From Vicugna vicugna (lineage: Eukaryota), in assembly GCA_013265495.1 (NCBI GenBank), contig MU058065.1, forward strand, positions 6,076,302-6,140,301: a stretch of DNA of 64,000 bases. The letters run 5' to 3'. The notes under the pieces are model-generated. The model saw only the letters and a program-made list of their open reading frames with translations. It was not told the DNA's origin and ran no database searches. Both the position numbers and the translations under genes were made by a program. Of this stretch, positions 12,520 through 25,865 are shown piece by piece. The stretch's first letter is position 1. Each line of letters opens with the position of its first letter.

Positions 12520-15450
12520 GCTGCATTCTGAATGCCTTGTAAGACTTAAGTGATCTATTCTGTGTAATACCTTAACCAATTTCTCGGATGTCATTAGTAG
12601 ACCCCCGAGTACCAGTTTTTTTTATCTCCACTATGTTTCAGGCCTATATTTCAATATGCCAAATGCATATTTGACATTTCCACCTGGATGTCCCACATGC
12701 AATATCCTAAACATGTCTAAAATTAATCATCTACTCCCTCAAATCTATTTCCCTTCTTATATTCTTTATCATGGGGAATTGTACCATGATCCATTCATTT
12801 TTCTAAGCTAGAAACTTGGGAGTTACCCGTTTTTTCTTTTTGTCCTTACTTCCAGAGCCTAACTTGTTAACTTTGTTTTGAATCTTGCCTTCTCTATTCC
12901 AGCTTCCATTGCCTTAGATAGCTGTTTTGGTCTGACCATGCCACAGCCTCCTAACTTGTCTCCCAAGTCCATGCTTATTTCCCTCCAACTGAACTTGCAG
13001 TTATGTCAGAGTGATCTCCCTGAAACAGAAACCTGATTATGTCACTCTCTTGCTTAAAGTTCTTAAGTGGTTCTCAACTGCCTGCAGGATAAAGTTCAAA
13101 ACTCCTCGCATGCCACATAAGCTGGTTCATAATTTGGTCCTGCTGACCTCTTCAGCCTGATCCTCTGCCACTCCCTGATAGCTCCCCACCGTTTCATCAT
13201 GCTCAAGTATTGATAGCTTCCTGCCCACATGTCTCTTGACCCATTTGCCTGGTAGTCTCTTCTCTCTTGTCCTCATGGCAGACTTCTGCTCAACTTCCCC
13301 AAATCTGCACTGGCACCATCCCTCTTCTGAGTCTTCCATGACCGTTTTTCCTTTCCTCAGTCTGCTCTCCTTCCTCCAGGCATAGGTACACTATCTTGCT
13401 AACCCCACAGCCTCCTGTACATATCTCTACTGTAGCATTTGTCATCAGGGAGAATGTAGAGATGAAAAGGGAGGGTAGGGAGGCAGAGGATAATCAAGTT
13501 GGCATTTGGCTGATCCTTTCCCATTTAGATTTTTCCTTTATTATGCTTGTCAATTCCTTCACCTCAATATCCTTTCTTAACATGAATTACATAGCACAGT
13601 ACTCTCTGGTTTCTTCCCATCTCATTGGTTGCTCCTTCTCAGAATCTTCTGCTGGTCCTTCTCCCTTACCTCTTAATGTTAGAGTGCCCCAGGACTCAGT
13701 CTTTGGTGCTCTTATCTTTTTTCACTCTTTTAGTGATCTCATCTAGTCCCATGGCTTTAAATATCACCTTGTTATTTCTCGCAGAATGCAGAGGGAAAAA
13801 GAGAAATAAAAAATTTAAAGTGAACAATGAAAAAAAATCACCTCTTTGATGAATCCCAAGTTTAATCTTCATTCCAGATCTTGCCCCCAACTCTGGACTG
13901 CCTGCTCAACATTTTTACTTGGAAGTTTAATAGAATCTCAAATTCAGAATGTCCAAAACTAAATTGCTAATCTATCCCCAAATTTGCTTTTTCTAAAAAC
14001 CCCCTCCCATGTTGGTGGAAAGTTCATCCATTCACTTGCTAGGGCCCAAAACCTTGGAGTCATCCTTGACCTCTGTCCCTCTTTCGCATCCTGCATCCAG
14101 TTCATCAGCCTCTTGGCTCTACTTTCAAAGTATACCTGGCATTCCAACTCTGCTGCTATGACTCTTGTCTGAGCCACCATTGTCTCTTACCCACATTTTT
14201 GCAATAGCCTCTTTATTAGTGTCCTTGTTGCTACTTCTGTTTCCTTCTGGGCCCATTACCAACAAAGTGATCTTATTAAAACACAGATCACATCATAATA
14301 CTCTCCAGCTCAAAGCCCTTCATTGACTTCACATTTCACTTGTAGAGTAAAACCCAAAGACCTTATGATGGCCTGCAAAACCCTATGTGATCTGGACCTC
14401 ACTGCCTTTCTGACTTCATCTCCTCCTCCTCACTCCACTGCAGCCACATTGGCCTCTTGCTGTTTTTCTGACACTCTAAGCATCACATCTTTTAGGCCTA
14501 ATTTATACTATTCCCTCTGCTTGGAACGCTTTTTCTTTAGATATTTGTATGGCCAACTCCCTCAATTCCATTATGTCTGTGTTAGTTAGTTTAACACATT
14601 ACCCAAAACTTAGTGGCTTTAAACAACAAACATTTATTATCTCACATGGTTGTTGAAGTTCAGGAATCTAGAAGCAGCTTAGCTGGGTGATTCTGGCTTA
14701 AGGTCTCTCTTGAAGCTGTAGTCAGGATCTTGGGTGCGAAGGCAGTCATTGTTAAGGGGCTGGAGAATTCGCTTCCAAGCTCTCTCATGTGGCTCTTGGC
14801 AGGAGGTGCCATTTCATTGCCACATAGCCTCTCCACAGGGCCACTCACATGACATGGTCCTGGCTTCCTCCAGAGCCAGTAATCTGAGCGGCAGACCGAG
14901 AGACCAAGACCAAGACCAAGATGGGAGCTGCAGTCTTTTTATAACCTGATCTCAGAAGTGACATCCCATTACCATCTTGCTGTATTCTCTTCATTAGAAG
15001 TGAGTCACTAAGTTCAGGCCACACTCCAGAGGAGGATAATTAAGCTCCACCTCTTAAGGAGAGGCATGTCAAAAAGTGTGTGGACATATCTGTGTGGACT
15101 ACAATCATGTCTTTGTTCAGATGTCACCTTCTCAGTGGATTTATCTGCCTATTCTACTTAAGATCATAAGCCACATTCCTGCCCCTCTGTCCCTGGCACT
15201 CCCATTTCATTTTACCATGCTCTACTTTTTATTTTTTCACTATAGCACTTATCTTCCATATTACCATCAAATTTACTTATTTTATTATACTTATTGTTTA
15301 TGGCCTGTCTTCTCCCTGCTAGAATCTATAAACTCAGTGAGGACAAAGATGTGTGTTTTGTGCACTGGTTTATCCAAAGTGCCCAGAGCAGTACCTCCAC
15401 ACATATAGGCACTCAGTTACTCAGTAAGTATTTGTTGATGGATGAAGGAA
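12520..15450 (+). mobile_element. Cluster of L2 fragments, interrupted by an MaLR LTR
   Basis: L2 motifs ccacctggatgtccc, aaaaccttggagtcatccttgac, gatcacatcataatactct; 3' end agtaagtatttgttgatggatgaa. Confidence 0.75.
14578..15107 (-). mobile_element. Solo MaLR LTR, MLT1-type
   Basis: ccaaaacttagtggctttaaacaacaaacatttattatctcac...caggaatctagaagcagcttagctggg is typical of antisense MLT1; atgtc on both flanks is a possible 5-bp TSD. Confidence 0.8.
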
Positions 15451-17177
15451 TCATATCTTCCCACTCTTCATTATTTTTACTGTCTTATGAATAGGCCAGG
15501 AAACTAGCACCTGTTGGTAGCCTGAGACTCAGACAGCCCTACTGTAAACAGATGAGTAGCCTATGAAGAGGACCACTGTCAGATTGCCATTCTACTGCCT
15601 GCCTTGTTTCATTGACACTTACTTTACTGGATGATAGTTCCAATTTGCGGATAAAATATAAATAAACTTTGAATCTTTTATTATTGAGAGATCCTAGAAC
15701 CTTTTTTTTTTTTTAGATCCAGTTAAGAAATTAAGCATCTCAAAACCAAAGGAATAAGAACCTGACCAAATCCTGGAAAGAACATTAGTCATAGAACCCA
15801 AATAAGATATTGTTTTGTCCTTCCTCAGTCTTTCCTCTCTCTGTGCTCTACTTCCAAGGTTCAAAGGGCTGCTTCTCTACTGTATACCTGTTGTTCAATA
15901 TGTAGAGAAATGTACAGCATTCAAGGGATGTTTTTTCAGTCTTTTTCATGGGCATCATAAAGAAGGCTAAGTCTAGATGTGTGAGAACATCCTCCTTACC
16001 TTTGTGTGTGTCAGTTGAGAAACTTGCAGCTAGTTCATCCTTCCAGTATTCAGTATCATGCACATGTACTATGCTGGGTTCTATGAGCATTAATGATAAT
16101 ATTGCCATCAAAGGACTCACTGTGTTCAGTGAATGGTAATAGGTACCACAACAGTGGAGTGATTGGAAAAAGCTTCCTATAAAAGGCAGGACTTAAACTG
16201 AACTTAAATATTTTTTTCAGATTTTGCTGAGGAATATGTGGAAGGCATTTTAGGTGGGAAGCACATGGGCAAAAATATAAAATAAGAATAAGAGTGGGTG
16301 AGGATTAGCAGAAAATAAAGTTAGCCAGATAATAACTTGAGACTAGATGGGGGTGGGAGGGGACCTTAAATGCTGGACTGGAAGATTGGTGCCTTTGTTC
16401 TGAAGATAAATGTTTTTCAGCTTTTTTCTGCGTGTAATCCATTTATTTGCACATTTTGGTCCAGTTATTAACATCTATCATTACAGGCAGTGGTTTTCAA
16501 ACAGGGGCACGTCTCCTAAGAGGGAGATGGAGCACTTCCTTCTTGCAGTTAATTACTGTTACAGATAGTGGGAAACCATTGGAAGTTTTGACCGGAGAAG
16601 TAACATATGAAAGTGATCTTTTAGGGAGATCAGGCTGTCGGTGGTATGCCTATGTGATCTGAAGAATAGTGGTGTCATTGACAGACTGGGAAAATCATGG
16701 GTGGGGCTCAATTAAATCTAATCTTGGGCATATAAAGGAATGGTTTTCCTTATTTAAAACACAAGTCCACCAGTATTCGAGCTCTGGAGTGAAAATCTCC
16801 AGGGAGGAAGAGATGGCTGTACATATTTCTCTTAACCATATTCCTTCTGAATTTTGCCTCCCCTTTGGGGTTTTCTCACTGAGATTCCTGTAGTCACCAT
16901 CAAGCCCTGTGCCAGGGGTCACCTCTTCTTTTCTTTTTGGCCCAATAGTGTATAAAAAGGCCTCTTTCTTCATTTTCCTTTTACACAGCTTTATAAGGGC
17001 TTATACTTTCAAAAGAAAATTTATTAAAAATCTGAGGGAAAACTAAAAGGAAATCAACATAGAAAATACAAATGGATTAAAATGACTCATTTCCAAAAGA
17101 TAGGCTTCTGATTCTGGGCATCCCAATAGTAAAGGGCTTTATCACATTTAAATTCTCTTATCCTAAAACACTCCAAA

Positions 17178-17360
17178 CAGGTGTTACAAACTCAGATGAC
17201 TACAGGGGATAGGTATATAACATAAACAAGTGTATCAGGCTGGATAAAAGACAATAGAGATTTGCAGGGGCCTGTGGAGAACTAAATCGTGCATGTCTAG
17301 ATACAGCTAGACCCAGATCGGCTGGCACAATTTAACAGACACTGCTGTCGGGGTGAAGTG
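17178..17360 (+). mobile_element. hAT-Charlie fragment, MER102-like
   Basis: caggtgttacaaactcagatgactacagggg...aagacaatag resembles the MER102 5' end. Confidence 0.55.
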
Positions 17361-18084
17361 GGGTGTGCTTGTTACTTCATTCAAAGGAAGTTACCAACTC
17401 TTCTAAAAGGAAAACTTTTTTTTCCAGTTTAGCTTCACCAAATCCACTATTAGTCTCTCATTTGGTTTTAGAGATCCACTTAGTTCAGAATTGAGTAGTG
17501 AGGCAATGATCATTGATGCTGTATTTCTGGCAAATATGTAGTCCTTTTAGGTCTAACCTATAAGCTTCATATACCTCTGGGACATTTTGCCATGACTCAC
17601 ACAGTTGAGTCTCCCTCCTATTCCCCTTGGTAAAGGAAGGGTTTCATAAAAGTCCATTCATTCCAGTATGACCAGTTAACGATGCCTTAGCTTATTAAAA
17701 AAAAATTGATAGCTTATGTATAATTAGAGTTAATTTAAAAATATAAGATGAAGCTATTTTTCAAGACGTGTTGGATTTAAATTGATTGTGGGACATACAA
17801 GGGGAAATGTTCAGGAAAGAGTTAAAAAAAAATAGGATTGAAGCCTAAGTAGAAAAAAAAGACTTACAGAAATAGATTTGGGAATCTTCTGCAAAGGAGC
17901 AACATGTGAAGGCATGAGGCTGGATACATCTTTTGCTGGGAATAGTATGGAGAAAAGAACAAAAGTCCAGTCGTTGAGATTTGGGGAATTATCATAACTG
18001 GAAGGTAGCAATAACCAGTGAAGGAAATGTGAGTGACATAGGAAGAGAATCTGGATAGAGGAGTAAATTAGCTAAGAAAGGGGA

Positions 18085-18290
18085 GCTGACAATTATCAAG
18101 TACATACTGTGTGTGTGCTAGACACAGTGGTATGTGCTTTAGCTATGTTATAACTTTTAATCCTTACAACAAACTTATGAGGTTGGTGATACTGTCCTCA
18201 TTTTAAAGATAAATAAGCAGAGGCTCAAGGGCTAAGTAATTTGCTTCAGGTCATTTGAGGTCACAGAATTTGTCTTTATTCAAACCCCTT
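18085..18290 (-). mobile_element. MIR SINE
   Basis: tttaatccttacaacaaacttatgaggttgg...cattttaaagat...gaggctc. Confidence 0.75.
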
Positions 18291-18490
18291 CACTAAGGAG
18301 GGTAATCCACCATGTCACATGCTGGGGAGAGACCAGACTGCCTGCCTGAGGAAAGATCATCAGGCAATTTGGGATCTTGGTCAGTATCAGCAGATGGTAG
18401 GCAGCTAAAGAAGGGTCAGTTGATAAGGAAATAGAGACAATGAGTGTAGAACTCTCATCGGTTAGTTTCCCGATGAAAAGGAAATGAGAC

Positions 18491-18937
18491 TTACTTCATT
18501 TAGTAATCTTGATAATCTCTAGGTCCATCCATGCTGCAAATGGCATTATTTTATCATGATATCACTTACATGTGGAACCTTAAAAAAATGATGCAAATGA
18601 ACTTATGTGCAAAACAGAAACAGACTCACAGACATAGAAAACAAACTTATGGTTACCAAAAGGGAAAGGGGGTGGGGGATGGATAGATTAGGAGCTTGGG
18701 ATTAGCAGATACAAACTACTATATACAGAATAGATAAACAATAAGGTCCTACTGTATAGCACAGGGAACTATATACACTAGCTTGTAATAACTTATGAAA
18801 AAGAGTATATATATATATAAAACCTTTTTCATTAGATAGATAGATAGATAGATAGGTAACTGAATCACTATGCTATACACCAGAAACTAACACAACATTG
18901 TAAAACAAGTATACTTCAATTAAAGGGGAAAAAAAAA
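18491..18937 (+). mobile_element. 5'-truncated, 5'-inverted cetartiodactyl-type L1 3' end with internal (GATA)n
   Basis: cagaaacagactcacagacatagaaaacaaacttatggttacc...tagcacagggaactata; A-tail; TSD aaaaggaaat(a)agag/gaga. Confidence 0.9.
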
Positions 18938-21900
18938 GGAAATAAGAGCTAGCTGGAGAGTTCAAAGTAGCTTAAGTAAAACCCCCTTTTTAAAATAGGA
19001 AGACATATATGTGTTTGAAAATAAAGGAGAAGCCACTGGAGGAGGAGAAACCTACACTGGTGAAGAGAAATGATAGTGTGAAAGCAAGGACCTGTGGAGT
19101 GGAGCAAAGTGAGGAGATAGGCCTTCCTCTGGCATTTGCAGGTAGCATGAAGGCACAGGACATATTTTGAAGATAGATTACTTGGTTTCTGCCTATTTCC
19201 ATCTTCTTTCCTCAGGAGATGTAGCCTTTTCATCTAGGAATTTTGCAATCCTTTCCAAGGGACATTTAATTCTCCTACTTAACAAGAGAATCAGGTGGTT
19301 CCATGACGTTTCTGTTATGTCAGAAATAGTGAAATGGACAGAAATCAAAGTATAAGCTATATTCTTTCCCTCTTCTGAGCTCCCACAACACCTTGTATCT
19401 TTCCTGTGTCACATATCACTTTGGCCTTGTACATAAGCATTTCTATACCTATCTTCCCTGTTAGATGATAAACTCCTTCAGGGTAGAACTATCTTGATCA
19501 TTTTGTTTCCTCTTCTGCAGTGTCCTGTAGTAGGAGGTATATAATAATGAGTGCTTGTAGCTCAAAGGCCTTGGCATTTGAGAAGTTCCTCACACTGGTA
19601 AATGTCAGAGCAAAAACAAAAGTATCAAATGACTTACCTTTAAGCTTTTCTGATCTATTGACTTTATAACTTTAGCCTTATACCTAAAGTGTTCTCTTAT
19701 GCTGGCCTGCACTTGTGGGTGAAATCTCTTTTGGATAGTGAGCCGCATTGAGAAGGGAGAGTGAGCCGGAGTTCTGTAGATTGGCAGCTTAGCTGTCCAA
19801 TGTTTAGGAACAAGGTGGTAGGATCCATGGGCATCCTTTGTTAGCTCCCAGAAGGGTGCTGTCAGGGAGGAAATTGCCCCAGAGCCCCAGAGTCTCTGGA
19901 AGTTGGTTTTTTTTTTTTCATTTTGTGTGGGAGACCTTTGGTCTATTTGTTTTTTATTTAGAAGTTTAAACTCTATGTGGACAGTACTTATTAAGCAGCA
20001 GTGAAAATATTAAACTCCGTGGAGTCATACTGAGAAGTTAAAACATGGTTTCTGCCCTTGAAAGATGGTCTTCTGAGAGAGATTAGATCACTGGAATTTA
20101 CACATATACAAAAAGTAGTCTAAATACATAAAATATATATTGTCTGAGAAGAGGAAGGAATAGATTTGTTTGGATGGGATCTGGGGTTCATACCAGGCTG
20201 GTTTGGGTCAAGTTATTTCTGGAAGAGGTGAATCTTGAGTTGAGCATTCAGAGGGATTTTATTTGGTGAATGGCTGTTGAAGGGAAGACACAACTAGGTA
20301 TTTTATCCAGTTACACAATCTGAGAGACTCCCCCTTAGAAAGGTGTTTTGAGGGAATCCTTCAAAAGCTCTTTGGCATCAATTACTCATATGCTTGAAGT
20401 CTGAGCAGTTCTGATGCTGTACATTGTCTTCTTAGGAACTTTTTCTCCAAAGAACTCCTTTTAACTTAGTGTGAGTGAGGCTAGGAATGAGGAGAAACTT
20501 TGAGACAAGGATGATTATACCGCTTGGGGTAAAAAAGGAGTAGTCAGTGATCATCTTAGCATTTAGTTTTCTGCAGCCCCCAGCAGCCGAGGGAAGAGCA
20601 GAGTGAAACTGCTGAAGTTAGTGGATACCTAAGGAGATGCAAGTCTCACACAGAATTTCTCTCCCAATTTGGGATCACCTCTGATACTGAGATAAGTAAG
20701 AATCAATATAAAATGGAGGAGATTAGCTGTCTACAGAAGTAACTCACCCAACTGTTTGTAAATATATTGCTTATGAGATTAGATTACAAATCTCCAAGGA
20801 CCTAACCTTAAAGAGGGAAATCATGGTATCTCAGATACCTTGTACAGACAGTTAGAGCCATAGAATTGTATAAGCTGGAAGGGACTTTATAAGTCTAAGG
20901 ATATATCAAGCTTCTGTTTTACTTATGAGGAAATTAGGGCCTACAAAGATAAATAGAACTCTTATGTAGAGAAACAGCGGTAGAATTTGGCACCAGGACC
21001 CAGAGCTCTGAACTTCCATCCCAGTATTCTTCCATCACGTCCCATTGCCTTGCCACATGTTATACAGCTACACCTGGAACTTTCTCTGGGCAGTAGGCAA
21101 GACAGGCCTGTCTGTGAGCAGTATGGAGACCTAACTTAAAAGATAGGGAAGTGGTCCATGGCTAGAGAGCTCTGCCGCATGTGCTGCCTCATTTCTTACT
21201 CCACATCCCTTTCTTCCAATTCTTGGTCTTGCACAATCTCTAGGCTCTTATAAGCAATTTGAAAAAAACTGTTGTATATTAATTCATGAGGTCTGAGGAG
21301 ACCTACTGGCAGAGGAGCAGAGTTGTATAGAATTCAGGAAAAGAAAAACCAGGGAATAACAATTGATTAATTTATCTAGCACAGTGCCAAAGTGATGCTA
21401 TAGTAGAATGAGGTGAATGGCTGGCTTTTTCTGCAGTGTATGTGAACTATCCCATAAATTCATTTGTTGTTTTTGCCTTTTTTTACCTGTGTTTAGCAAG
21501 TAGCACTCTCAGTGTTTATTTAGCTTCCCAGGAAAAATCGGCTGAAAATATATCAGTCATTGGAATGGTATAGCTCCCACCTTATAAACTAATAAATTCA
21601 CACATTAATTTCTAAATTGATATTTTATGATTTTAGTTAGCATCAATTAATCCTCTAGAATCTGATTATCCCTAAGTTAACTAATGAAAACCAGAGACTC
21701 TGAACTTTTGGTTACACCTGCAAAATATAGCCTCTCCATGAGATGCTGTTTCAGAAGCCACTCAGGGTCTCTCAGTCCGGGTGTCTTTTTCCCTCCCCCA
21801 ACATTTCTTATTGAAAGCCCTGAATTCTGTGGGCTTCTCTCACTCCCTCTTGGAGTATCAAGCTGAGTTTAAAAGCATCCCAGATCAGTCCTCAAAGAGT

Positions 21901-24302
21901 GCTTATTGGATGCTGTGCCTTTTGTTTAGTGCAGTAAGTGGACTTGACCACATGACCCCTTTCATCGAAACTAACATGTACAGTGAGAAGTCCTCCTATT
22001 AATTTGGGGGCTTTGCCCAGCTGGTGAAGCCCTTTGGATGGTGGGTGAGAGGTGTGGAAGTTCTAACTGGGAGGGGGTCTCTCTCAGTGCCCTCCTAACT
22101 GATAGCTTTCCTTTGTTTGACTTCATCCACTAGTGAAGGAGGGAAATATTGGTGCCCCTTTGTCTCTCTTTGTTCTCTCACACCCATTTTAGGAAATTTA
22201 GTGTCAGAGGACTTCCCGGAATTTTGTTCCCCTGATTTAGAGAGCCCTAATACCTCAGAGTTGGAGCATTGGTTCTGGCTGTACTGATCTAGTCAGAACC
22301 TCCTGAATCAACTAGCAATGGTCTGACATACAGACCAATAGCCTCTCCCTCCTGAATCAAATGGCCATTGTACTAACCTCGTATCAAGCCTCAGAATGTC
22401 AGTTTCCAGCTTGTCCTCATATATAAATATAGGTCTCTCTAGATATAAAAAGTGAGAGAGTCTGTAAGTTGCTTTTTTTTTTTTCTATACCCTCTTTCAT
22501 GGGTAAAGCTAATGAGATGCATATCATTAAAGACCCAATGTTTTGTGGGACGGAGCCTTTTAAACTGGATGTGCCTGGCTTAGTCATGGCAAATATTTAC
22601 CAAAAAAAAAAAAAGGGACATACCATATAAAATTAGAGTTCTGAAAATAGTACTGAGAAAGGGAGAAAGAAAAAAAAAAAAAAACCAGGACAGAAAATAC
22701 AGGCCAGTCTGTTTGGGGAAAAGGGAAAAAGAGATAAAATGAGAGAAACCTCGCAGTAAAAACAGCATCTTGGTAAACAGACTATAAAAAAAATTGTGAC
22801 CTGCTTTCTGGCAGCCCTGGCGGCTGTCGAGCGGGTGAAGGTGGCGGAGCTGGCGTCTGTGTGGACACACGGTGCCCGGGGCGCACGGCTCCCCTGGCCG
22901 CGCAGGGCGTTAAATTTAGCCACATAATGATGGGCCTGAGGACAGCCTCTTGTTGACCACACCATAATTACTGCTTCGCTTTATGAATTTTATTTTGCTT
23001 ATTCTGTTTCCTCCTTCTTTGGCATGAAGGAGGCCTAGAATGGGGGGAGTCCCGCCCCCACACCCCTCCCTTTACTGGACAAATGAGTCTTCATAGAAAC
23101 TTGGGCTTTTGAGCCATCAGGATAAAGAGTAAGCTCCCTTGATTAATCAGGAAGGGAGGAAGGTACACTGGTCCCAAGGCTCTCAATTTATCATAGTAAA
23201 GTTGTGTGTGGGGCTTGCCAGCCCCACTTCTCGGAGCTCTTAGAGAAGATGTCCTGAAGTCTTTGGTCTTAGAAGGCAATCTTGTGTGAGTCTGAGAGGT
23301 TGACACTCTTACTGTGTTCATACCTCAAGAGCTAGGCTCCCAGGTGTTGTCAGATTTTTTGACGTTTGGTCCTAAGCTGCCTAGCTAGCTACTACAAGTT
23401 TAGTTTTAACAACATTCTGCATCATGAAGAGTGCATTGTGCACATAGTTCAAATAATGCACATTGTTTTTATGTGTCTTGGTGATAACTGGATTCTCGAA
23501 GCTGAGAATCTAATATAATCAAGTGTCTGTTCAGGTAACATAAAAATAGTTGTTCAGAATATAAACCTCAAATGTTGTTCTTCTTGGGAACTTGGGTTGA
23601 TGCTGATCTTCTTGGTTTCAGAGTTAAAATAGCATAGTTTGCTAGAGCATACCATGACCTTTGTCAGAGTGGTGCTCTGAGGCTCAGCTTTACTTACAAC
23701 TCTAGGGAAGGGGCCTGAAGCCCTTAGTCTCAGACCAAAAGGGCCATACTGGGGAAAGAAAGTAGGCTGTAGAAAGGGTGTCAGAAGCATTGTATGGAGT
23801 AGGTACTGGGTCATTGGGGGTGAAGTTCTTCAGTGGTGACCTAGGCTGGCAGCTACCTATGGCCCCACAGTGGCCCTCCAACTGAGGAAGTGGTGGAAAA
23901 GAAAAAGCAAACAGGGATTGTGGTCAGGGTGCTGGCTTGTCCCTCATTGGCTAGGACTGTCCTGTTTGTGTGTCAGGGGTGGTTGGGCTTCTCCTGAAGC
24001 CAGGCAAGAACGTGTCAAGGAGAGGCTTCTTGTAGCTCTTGTTTTCCCAAAACAAAGGAAACTCCTTGCATTGCTGGAAGTCGCGTGCTTGGATGCTGAG
24101 TTTGTTATTGCCTGATAACCTGGCCACCAACTCCTGCCCTCCTCTTCACCCCTTACAGCCAGTGGCTTAGAGGGAGCAGTTTCCTGTTCCTCATCCTAGG
24201 CAGCAGATTCACTCTCTATTGTACCCAGAAGGAGGGAAAAGAGGAGAGCTGGCTCTCCTACTGCAGACCTCTCCTCTTCTCTTCCCATGGAAACTTCTAG
24301 AG

Positions 24303-24579
24303 CAGTGCTTTTCAAAGTAATCTGACACATGGTCTTACTGTGCACAAGTCATATGCAGCATGTGCCACATGTGACAAGGTCAGTAATGCTCAAACTGTTT
24401 TATACCCTGTTTATTGAGATGAGTCCTCTGAACCTGTGTTTGGAGGTCATGGCAATGACAGGTTGCAATAAAAGTTTTCAAATGCTTACACTCAGTTTCT
24501 GTTCTTATCTCATCGTAAGCTGGTAACAAAAAGTTCATGGACCAGGACCAGTTTGCTGATAACACTTTGACTAGCGTTG
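24303..24579. mobile_element. hAT-Charlie MITE
   Basis: Imperfect TIRs cagtgcttttcaaagt / actttgactagcgttg; TSD ttctagag / ttctagaa. Confidence 0.7.
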
Positions 24580-25264
24580 TTCTAGAATCTTAAGTCCTAG
24601 TGAGTTTGAGCTATTCCCTATTAGACATAGAGATCCTACCCTAAACCTGTTCAGTTGGGGGTGGATATAAAATGAATTCTTAAGGAAATTTCAGGCAATA
24701 TTCAATAATCTGGTCTTAATTGCCATGTCATGCCAAAGAGCTCTGACACTCAGGTGGAAGGCTGGACTAGAGGATTAAAGGTTTCTTTCCTAGTGCTAAG
24801 GTTCTTCAATTCTAAGGTTAAACGATGAGGCCAAGAGATAAAGTTAATGACCATGATGATTCTCCCTTAAGGTGTTGATTCTAAGCCTTACTTTGCGGCT
24901 CTAGGTGACTTAATGAGATAAAGAAAGAAAAGGGGTGGAGGTTTTTCGTAAGGTCCATTTACTAGTGTCATTATCATCCAGACATGAGGTCTTTCTTATA
25001 CAGATCGATCATGTGTTTGGGCAGCATTATCTCAGTCTTCTGTTAGGAGGCGACCAAATTGTTTCTGGAGGTTGAAAGTTCTAGGATTGAGGAGAAAAGT
25101 AAATATTGGGAGAGTTGGTGGAATTCAAGTAAGAGATAAGAAGTGGGCCTTGGATTAGAAATGTGGACTATTGGCTGGGTTACCTGACATCCCTATTGGA
25201 GAGTAGTGGAGGGGAGGAGGGGGGAGGGTAATATTCAAGAAAGGGAAAAAAAAACCAGATGGAA

Positions 25265-25865
25265 GCTCCTGATTAAAGTAAATCTGGTCACATGTCCCTA
25301 CTTAAAACTGATCGGTGGTTTCCTGTCGACCTTAGGATAAAGTCCAAACTCCTTAGTAAAACCATTAAGGCCCTTTATGCTTTGGTGTCTGCTTTGTTTT
25401 CCAGCTCATCTCCCACTTTTCTGCTAGGCCACACTCACCCCTAAATTTACAGTTCCAAAACTACACCCACAAACCCATCCCAGGTCTTCACTTCAGTCAC
25501 AGTGAACTGCTGTCAGTGCCTGGAGCCCCTCATTTTCTCTCATCTCTAGTTCTGGGCATGTACGCTTCCCTCTGGAAACCCCCTGCCAACCAGCAGCAAA
25601 ACTTTCTCACCTGGATAACTCCTGTTCACTGTTTGGATTTCTGTGAAGATGTCACTTCCTGCAGGGACTTTTCCCTGGCCCTCTGAGTTCAGTTTAGTTG
25701 CCCTTCTTATACATTACTTTATTTGTTCTATCATAGGCCGTATCAACACTGCATTGTACTTACTGGTTTTTCTGGCTCTTTCCACTGGATGGTAAATTCC
25801 TCGAGGGCAGGGATATTATCAATCTTGTTTAACTTGTCTGATCCATTGTAAGTACTCACTAAATT
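25265..25865 (+). mobile_element. L2 fragment
   Basis: aaatctggtcacatgtccctacttaaaa...aggataaagtccaaactcctt...gagggcagggat. Confidence 0.7.

Noticed and set aside
14896..14921. (GACCAA)n tandem repeat, considered as an array
   Set aside because: Simple slippage repeat inside an MLT1 LTR; no spacers, nothing CRISPR-like.
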